Assembly (NCBI GenBank): GCA_041640595.1
Contig: JBEPZY010000002.1
Span: forward strand, 468,651-532,650
DNA from: Gemmatales bacterium
GTDB lineage: Bacteria > Planctomycetota > Planctomycetia > Gemmatales > HRBIN36
Length of the DNA stretch: 64,000 nt
Direction of reading: 5' to 3'
The position numbers were made by a program, and so were the translations under genes. The notes below the pieces were generated by a model. That model made no database searches. It saw nothing but the letters and a program-made list of their open reading frames with translations, and was not told the origin of the DNA. Positions 60,797 through 64,000 of this stretch are shown here, in pieces (positions within the stretch are counted from its first letter, which is position 1; each line of letters opens with the position of its first letter).

Positions 60797-61972
60797 TCAT
60801 TGTCGCCAGCGGCGCAGCCGGTCCCAAACTCGCCCGGCACGAACGTAACCCAAATACCACACCCGCACCGTCCCATCCTCGCATCCGCATACTAGATAGC
60901 GGCCATCCGGCGTAACTGCCAGACAATAGAACTGTTTGTCAGTCTCGAACCGCCGCACTTCGTTTCCGGTAGCCAGTTCCCAGACCAGCACCGCCCGGCG
61001 GACAGGAGAGCCAAACTTTGCCACTACCACATAGCGGCCATCCGGCGTTACTGCTGGGGCACGGAACGCGCCAAAGGTCGGGACACCGAGTGGGCCAAAG
61101 GTTATATCAGGGGTCGCACGCCAGACCACGTTCCAACTATCACACGCCCACACGGCCACATTGGAGATCACGTCGCCAAAATGCTTGGCGGTATTGCCTA
61201 CGGACACGACATAGCGGCCATCCAGGGTTGCAGCAATGCCGATGACCGGGACGTCGGATCCGCGCAGCTGCTGAACTTGGTTACCCGTGGCCAGATCCCA
61301 TACCCGCAGCGTAGCGTCATCTCCCCCCGACAGGATATAACGACCATCCGGAGTTACCGCAACGCTCTCTACGGGGAATAGGTGCCCGGTCAGTCGCCGT
61401 ACCTCCTTCCCGGTGGCCAATTCCCATATCCGCACCGTTCTGTCCCAGCTTCCCGATACCACATACCGGCCGTCCGGCGTTACCGCCACACTCCTGACAT
61501 GGCCTTCGTGGCCGGCGAAGCGTCTGATTTCCTCACCGGTGGCCAGTTCCCAGAGCCGCAGCGTAGCGTCATTTCCCCCCGACACGATATAGCGGCCATC
61601 GGGAGTTACCGCAACGCTCTCCACGTGGCCTTGGTGCCCGGTCAGTCGCCGTACCTCCTTCCCGGTGGCCAACTCCCATACCCGCACCGTGCTGTCCCAG
61701 CTCCCCGATACCACATACCGGCCGTCCGGCGTTACGGCGACGCTGGTTACTGCGTCTTGGTGCCCCGTTAGCCTTCGCACTTCGTACAGCGAACGCAATA
61801 CAAAATGCATCGTCAGAAGCACCAGGACGCCCAACACCAGGAAAATTCCGCTCACCAGCAATGCTGGCAGCCACGAGTCCCGCCTCGCCACCCTCATTTG
61901 AGTATTCTGCTCGACCTCGGCTCGACCCGTATCCGCCTGTTCCGACTGCTGCCGATCACGCTCCGCGGCCAT
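60797..61972 (-). CDS. Membrane-anchored WD40-repeat protein (about 7 blades)
   Basis: N-terminal TM followed by GH...SVAVTPDGRY..SG..D.T.R.W repeats; GGAGG RBS. Confidence 0.92.
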   Translation of the reverse strand: MAAERDRQQSEQADTGRAEVEQNTQMRVARRDSWLPALLVSGIFLVLGVLVLLTMHFVLRSLYEVRRLTGHQDAVTSVAVTPDGRYVVSGSWDSTVRVWELATGKEVRRLTGHQGHVESVAVTPDGRYIVSGGNDATLRLWELATGEEIRRFAGHEGHVRSVAVTPDGRYVVSGSWDRTVRIWELATGKEVRRLTGHLFPVESVAVTPDGRYILSGGDDATLRVWDLATGNQVQQLRGSDVPVIGIAATLDGRYVVSVGNTAKHFGDVISNVAVWACDSWNVVWRATPDITFGPLGVPTFGAFRAPAVTPDGRYVVVAKFGSPVRRAVLVWELATGNEVRRFETDKQFYCLAVTPDGRYLVCGCEDGTVRVWYLGYVRAGRVWDRLRRWRQ

Positions 61973-61994
61973 GTTCGCATCCTCCGATCTGCTT

Positions 61995-62245
61995 GGAAAG
62001 TGCGCCTTTGGGATGGGCCATCTCGGCCGCCAGCGGTTTATCGGTCTCGGGGACCGGTGCCGGCACCGAAAAGCTCGCGTTCGTAGTTGGACATCTTCGC
62101 GACCAGCGATCTATCGGTCTCAGACAGGGTGCCGCTGTCGGAAAGTACACATCCGGAATGGGCCATCTCTGCGACCAGCAATTTACCGGTCGTCTGGGAT
62201 CGGTGCTACTGCCGAAAGGTCCCCGTTGGAATGCGGCATTTCCCC
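61995..62245. repeat. Degenerate tandem array of 72-73-bp units (3 full + 1 partial)
   Basis: Units start at 61995, 62068, 62140, 62213; shared core GG(G/A)CATCT..GACCAGC..T(T/C)TA(T/C)CGGTC..GGTGC. Confidence 0.8.
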
Positions 62246-62593
62246 GCCGACCTTCGTGGCCAGATTCGCAACCTGAATGCATCCGCCCGTTCGACGTGCG
62301 GATTCACGAGGTCACCGCGGGAAAGCATTGCGGCCAGATTCACGTTGCTACCGGGCCCCCGGGTAAATATGCGGGGTCATTCTACAGGTTCTCCTGCGTG
62401 TTGGCTGTCGGCACTTTTTCAGCACCAGTTTTGGACGTTCGGAGCGTCCTTCGATGCCAGCCACGCCGAACAGCCGAAAGTATGCTGCGACCAGCACGGT
62501 CAACAGAATCGTTGCTACGTCCCCCAGGTGTCGGTTCGCCGAGCAACTCATTCGTTTCGGGATAGCAACTTCCGATGTCGCGGATGGGAAGCG

Positions 62594-62889
62594 AACCACG
62601 GCGGGCTGACGCCCGCCGCTCTTGGTTGTGTGTGCGACTCCGCGTTGCGAATCACGGATTTCGTAGCGAACGTGCGGTGTGCACCAGGAGCGGCTGGCGT
62701 AAGCCAGCCGTGGCTAACGAACGCGAATGCACCACAAACGAACGCGACCGCACCAGTGATACCGATAACCACGGCGGGCTGACGCCCGCCGCTCCTGGGC
62801 GAATGTACGTTTGTGCATCGCAAAAATCGCTGTTTCGCCGGCAGACGTTCGCACTGCGACGCAAGAGCGGGGGGTGTAAGCCCCCCGTG
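62594..62889. repeat. Four REP-like palindromes in two inverted doublets (REPIN/BIME-like)
   Basis: AACCACGGCGGGCTGACGCCCGCCGCTC at 62594 and 62767; inverted variants GAGCGGCTGGCGTAAGCCAGCCGTGG at 62688 and GAGCGGGGGGTGTAAGCCCCCCGTG at 62865. Confidence 0.85.
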
Positions 62890-62936
62890 AAATGCACTTC
62901 GCATACGCTCGAAACGCGGACATCCATCGCATTGCC

Positions 62937-63045
62937 GTTACAGACGCGGTTTGCGGATACACGGCCGGCTGATGCTGCCGTCACCGCCGCATCGCCAACA
63001 CGCCGCTGAGTTACAGACGCGGTTTGCAGATGCACGGCCGGCTGA
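62937..63045. repeat. 36-bp direct repeat, 2 copies, 73-bp period
   Basis: GTTACAGACGCGGTTTGCGGATACACGGCCGGCTGA (62937-62972) vs 63010-63045, 34/36 identical. Confidence 0.85.
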
Positions 63046-63345
63046 CGGTTGCCCAGCGCACGCAGCAACCTATCCTGGCGGTCGGCTGACGGACGAGCAC
63101 GAATGAACGTCATAACTCTTCCGCCCGAGATTCAGCACCATGGCGGGGGACGTCGCATTCGGCACCACGCCGGGAGAAGCATCGTCGGTGTCGGGAAAGC
63201 TGGGAGTGTACATCATCGGTTTTCTTGAAACCGTCCGGAACGCACGGGGGTATTTATCACTGAACCATGCAAGCCATGAAGTGCGCGAAAGAGGTGCATC
63301 GAACCGAAAGAGCGAATTTGCCAAGACCATCAGGGGGAGAAGCTG

Positions 63346-64000
63346 ATGCGACGGACGTGGTGGCTGGCGCTGGTGGTGTGGTTGTTGTGGCGAGCATCGC
63401 TGACAGCGACGCCGGCGTTGCAACTGGTGCCGGAAGAGGCGGATTTTGCGGTGGCGGTTAATCGTCCGGTGGCCGTGGCAGATACGTTGCTGGCGCTTGC
63501 GACCAGTGAGCGGTTGCAGCAATTTCCGGCCTATCAGGAAGCAATTGGGCAGGTAAACATTCGCCGTTTCCTGCAACTGGTGCGTTATGCTGAGCGGGAA
63601 CTGGGCAAGCCTTGGCGAGAATTGCTGGACAGTTTGGCGGGCGAAGGGATTGTCCTGGCTGGCAAGTATGCTCCGGAGCCGGTACCGGTGCTGGTCGTCG
63701 TGAAGGGACGGGATGCGGCTCTGCTTGAGCGAGCGGTGCGGCTTTTTGGCGAGGTGATTGAACAAGAATTGGCCCGCCGGGATTTGCCGCATCAGCGACA
63801 GAAGCACGAACGTGCCGGGCTGAAGATCACGCAGCTCGGCAATGCCTATTACACTGTTCACGGCCCAGCGCTGTTGGTGAGCAATCGGCTGGAAGTGTTC
63901 GACTACGTGGCCCCGCTGTTGCAGGGAAAAGCGGAGCGGTCGCTGGCTCACTCTGGGAAATGGCGAGCTGCTCAGGCCAGCATTCCTGCTGATGCTGTCG
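63346..64000 (+). CDS. Secreted hypothetical protein, truncated by the window edge
   Basis: GGGGAG RBS, ATG 63346, signal peptide MRRTWWLALVVWLLW; frame open to the end of the window. Confidence 0.75.
   Translation, partial: MRRTWWLALVVWLLWRASLTATPALQLVPEEADFAVAVNRPVAVADTLLALATSERLQQFPAYQEAIGQVNIRRFLQLVRYAERELGKPWRELLDSLAGEGIVLAGKYAPEPVPVLVVVKGRDAALLERAVRLFGEVIEQELARRDLPHQRQKHERAGLKITQLGNAYYTVHGPALLVSNRLEVFDYVAPLLQGKAERSLAHSGKWRAAQASIPADAV

Noticed and set aside
62937..63045. CRISPR array call (also considered for 51590-51700)
   Set aside because: Only two imperfect copies, no internal palindrome or typical 3' GAAAC end, no leader and no cas genes in the window; kept only as repeats
61861..63113. 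ORFs of 100-234 aa across the repeat island
   Set aside because: They run through non-triplet tandem repeats and REP palindromes and have non-protein-like composition

Overview
A gene-dense 64-kb chromosomal window, almost certainly from a planctomycete (probably Gemmatales-like). The taxon is inferred from a PVC-type heme-binding CxxCH protein, a DUF1080 protein, a CehA/McbA-type metallohydrolase and the recO-bamD-lptE and skp-lpxC arrangements. About 50 CDS are supportable. Most are housekeeping or envelope genes (uvrB, recO, mtaB, dapA, pyrB, pyrC, rdgB, lpxC, nadC, a sigma54 two-component pair) mixed with secreted and lipoprotein hypotheticals. I saw no rRNA, tRNA, cas gene, integrase or transposase. 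The most unusual signals are: (1) a repeat island at 60.6-63.05 kb around a membrane-anchored WD40 gene, made of a 72/73-bp tandem array in its leader, two REP doublets with compensatory stem changes, and a 36-bp direct repeat; (2) a 38-bp direct repeat upstream of skp-lpxC; (3) a recurring 73-bp period (about 7 helical turns) in three unrelated intergenic repeats; (4) a chain of five stem-loops upstream of recO, a candidate structured RNA; (5) a PilZ protein with a sigma70-region-1.1-like N-terminus; (6) tandem HEAT+STN-like paralogues sharing a near-identical 60-bp patch; and (7) a Tex-family protein with large disordered insertions. All family calls come from motif recognition by eye; no database search was run.
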